Of a DNA stretch of 61,930 bases, positions 60,101 through 61,930 are shown piece by piece. The stretch lies in contig JAJEFL010000191.1 in NCBI GenBank assembly GCA_022820435.1, positions 1 through 61,930 on the forward strand, in the 5' to 3' direction. The stretch is from Rhodothermales bacterium (GTDB lineage Bacteria > Bacteroidota > Rhodothermia > Rhodothermales > Bin80). A program made the position numbers and the translations under genes. The notes below the pieces were generated by a model that was given only the letters and a program-made list of their open reading frames with translations, was not told the origin of the DNA and made no database searches. Position 1 is the stretch's first letter, and every line of letters begins with the position of its first letter.

Positions 60101-61347
60101 TTGCTGTATCCCGAATGTTTACGGTATTTCCCTCCCGATGCAGTGCCCGTAAACTGGAATCTCTAAGTTTGGTCATCTGGAGTGCGATTCGGAACAACGG
60201 AATGTCTAAAAAAGAATTGCGGAGTATTATTTCAAAACGACTCAATCGTAAGCGGATGGATATAGGCCAACAAGCCCAATGGCTAGGTGCAGGGTTGTTC
60301 GTCGACAGAGACATCTATATTCCAATGCTGATCGACTTTCTCTCTGCCGGAGACGAAATTCGCATGCATCATGTTATTCATTTTCTCGTTCCTACGAACT
60401 ATAAACTGCTGACTCCACAAAACATCAATGAATGGACTTCTGACGAGATTCGCCAGCTTATCCAAACATTCGGGAGACGAATGTACCCATTTATTTCTCA
60501 AGAACGTGCAGGTATTGTTAGGGGCGAGCAGAGAATCAGAATGGAATTTCAGTTTCTCCTCTCACACTGGCTCGGAGAACTAAAAAAGCGCATCTGTGAT
60601 GAGGCAAGGAAGAATCTGGATATATTGGCATCCGATTCTGATCTATCAATATGGGAGCGAGAGATTGTACTCGCTCAGGGAGAACAAGCTAGACATCGCC
60701 GAGCGGCAAAGCATTCGGATCTAAGCTTAGAGAAAATTCAGAAAACCCTGAATTGTGGCTTTCCGGCAAATGCTGCCGATCTTGTCAGTCTGACGCTTGA
60801 TGTCCTTGAAAAGTTAGCAGGCGATATACGTAATGGTCCAGCCAGTGCATGGCATCAATACTGGGACTGGGAGCGGAAGCCTCGTAGGCCCTCACAACCA
60901 AAACCCGAAAACGATTGCAGAGATGTATTACTTTCCGGCTTAGCAACGATACTTGAAGGGTATCAGGTTGATGCACAGCCGGAGGGTCGCTACGCAGATG
61001 AACGAAGGGCGGATATCCGAATATCGTACGGCTCCGATCTAGCGATCCCGATTGAAATCAAGAGAAATTTAAGCATAGATTTGTGGCGCGGCATCTCTGA
61101 GCAACTTGTACCAAAATACACACGAGATCCAAAGTCTCATGGCTATGGAATTTATCTGGTGTTCTGGTTTGGGGCAGACTCCATGAAGGTTGGGGCCCCA
61201 GATGGAGGGATTCCCGAAGAAGCAATAGAACTAAAGGATGCACTGGAAAGGCGGCTTGATCCAGAACTGCGCAAGAGGATCCATGTTGTTATCATTGATG
61301 TGGCTCCGTCTGGAAGATTAGCGGAGAATAAAGGGACGGACACCTGA
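57136..61347 (+). CDS. STAND/NACHT NTPase with long helical region and C-terminal PD-(D/E)xK nuclease
   Basis: GEPGMGKS, FIDGLDE, LSCR, GNPQLL and HRLIAEFLGARYL; C-terminal ENDCRD...RADI...IPIEIK...EQL..KY...GIYLVFWFG. Confidence 0.82.
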   Translation: MNPTMQRISRTVTLIEPQNDLRFGKAGLSLQDFDCDHGYVLLGEPGMGKSTEFESAIDGFDGRHCILARRFIRANFDRHPEWRTQTIFIDGLDEMRVGGGDPRAVLDKIIYGLETLGRPKFRLSCRAANWLEAGDRNELGSLLGLNEIPVLQLDPLNYEGIREIVSLRRQDANSFIQQAHERGMDALLGNPQLLDFLITSVKEKGWPDSQSKMHENACRELVRERNDEHRDARSSDSLQSQEAILTAAGKLCACMLIANRTGWASNDTDDSEILSVRDLESDQGFPIQAAFDSRIFEGSPSSKVPIHRLIAEFLGARYLHKKIQRGLSVRRALALLMEHNGIFLPDLRGLAAWLAAFNEQARAILIQIAPITVAFNGDASGFSPIERSKLLAKLEQQIHLNSEWPSAVALRALTGNEGVPIIQHLTNSHERSKNRQTLVYLLLRGCSQMYLDTSMSDWETDHESLLNIVRDHSWQSSVRCEALGALSRISHQIPQCSALLRDLLEDVQEKRISDEEHDLRGTLLHLMYPDRLRPEEIWDYLVAGPVTAYLGGYRNFFARLVDRSNESDVKELLNSLCDRASEAIPKLEDQKLADVVLRLLARGLELFGGELSIPELYRWFTLVEFYHNSLQLSPVHTSNSSFSQHDEADSAIRNWLNQHKRIQYSLIEHGLSIEEASIGSKVLIETIGCKFVGRNAPEGFRLWCLERAVQLWDSNQNVAGELASWSVSNLMQVGGEPPLSDKEVSSVVSGTPGLVKWNDQRLKIRAQDELEFSEIRKKQAEIRSVHQRQKQEKLEILRQQQTELEKGQCMPVILDELAHVYFDNSGTNENNPETCLRSYFEDDEGLVEATLDGFRSLLDRDDLPDLGQIAQFYEDGHRSYFALPFLAGMEEAYKVNEDLSHLSETGIRRALGFYLTTDSPRQHYYHLINYMGGDSTSPAWYEQALERYPEAVADSLVSVHNATVRSKNPPNSEMYKMVDDSAYADVAKLAVSRMFTVFPSRCSARKLESLSLVIWSAIRNNGMSKKELRSIISKRLNRKRMDIGQQAQWLGAGLFVDRDIYIPMLIDFLSAGDEIRMHHVIHFLVPTNYKLLTPQNINEWTSDEIRQLIQTFGRRMYPFISQERAGIVRGEQRIRMEFQFLLSHWLGELKKRICDEARKNLDILASDSDLSIWEREIVLAQGEQARHRRAAKHSDLSLEKIQKTLNCGFPANAADLVSLTLDVLEKLAGDIRNGPASAWHQYWDWERKPRRPSQPKPENDCRDVLLSGLATILEGYQVDAQPEGRYADERRADIRISYGSDLAIPIEIKRNLSIDLWRGISEQLVPKYTRDPKSHGYGIYLVFWFGADSMKVGAPDGGIPEEAIELKDALERRLDPELRKRIHVVIIDVAPSGRLAENKGTDT

Positions 61348-61432
61348 GGGCGCATTACCGCCGCACATAATACTGGTCTTGTAGATCAATATGCATACCA
61401 TTCGGTTCACCTGCAAAATTTTTTGACGTAAT

Positions 61433-61930
61433 ATGTCAGACGGATTACCTCAGCAAGATGCCCAACTGCTTGACGGCCGTGAGGAGTTTCACGTTCACGG
61501 GCATGGAGTTACGCAATCACTTCAGTTGATTGACTATTGGAGGTAGTCAGGATCCCTCCTTGCGGACAATACAACACGTGGGATTCTTGCGGAGTTTCTA
61601 GTTGCTGCGGCACTGGATCTGCATAAAAAGCCGAGACGGGAATGGGATGAAAGTGACATTCGGACGGCCGGAATTTCCATTGAGGTGAAATGCTCGGCGT
61701 ATTATCAGACATGGCAACAGTCCAAACCGTACACGATCACATTTGGTATCGCTCCTCACAGAAGTTGGAACGCGGAAACCGGAGAGTTTAGAGAGGGAAT
61801 CAAGCGATGGGCTGACCTTTATGTGTTCTGCGTTTTTCGGGGGATCAGTTCGGAGGAATGTCTGGATTTGAGCAAATGGGACTTTTATGTCATTGCCACC
61901 AGGATCTTAGACAGGAAAATTCCAAACCAG
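61433..61930 (+). pseudogene. PD-(D/E)xK-like nuclease gene with an in-frame TAG; runs off the window edge
   Basis: MSDG...IDYWR*SGSLLADNTTRGILAEFLVA...EWDESDI...IEVKCSAY.Q.W...ADLYVFC; TAG at 61544-61546. Not in the ORF track. Confidence 0.68.

Overview
Bacterial chromosomal window with no rRNA, tRNA or CRISPR array detected. Gene content (GldE-like CBS protein, bshC, PUR/DUF3276 protein, TonB-dependent receptors, three sulfatases) suggests a Rhodothermota/Bacteroidota-related organism; this is inferred, not searched. Housekeeping genes (purF, ssb, mazG, recX, purine-nucleoside phosphorylase, hisD, hisC, bshC, aroB, a DegP-like protease, fumC, panC) are interleaved with accessory material. 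That material comprises an ECF sigma/FecR/TBDR cassette, an exported PLD-nuclease plus HNH pair, an AT-richer islet between ISAzo13 and IS1634 remnants, a TIM-barrel/cupin/blue-copper dehydrogenase cluster, hipBA, an orphan Panacea antitoxin and a decayed tnpB. The right end holds a defence-like cluster of four PD-(D/E)xK nuclease genes, centred on an AAA-DUF4143 ATPase coupled to a 1403-aa STAND/NACHT NTPase with a C-terminal nuclease. The best candidates for undescribed systems are this ATPase/NACHT-nuclease pair and a cryptic six-cysteine peptide upstream of a beta-propeller gene. All family assignments come from recognising motifs by eye; no database searches were run.
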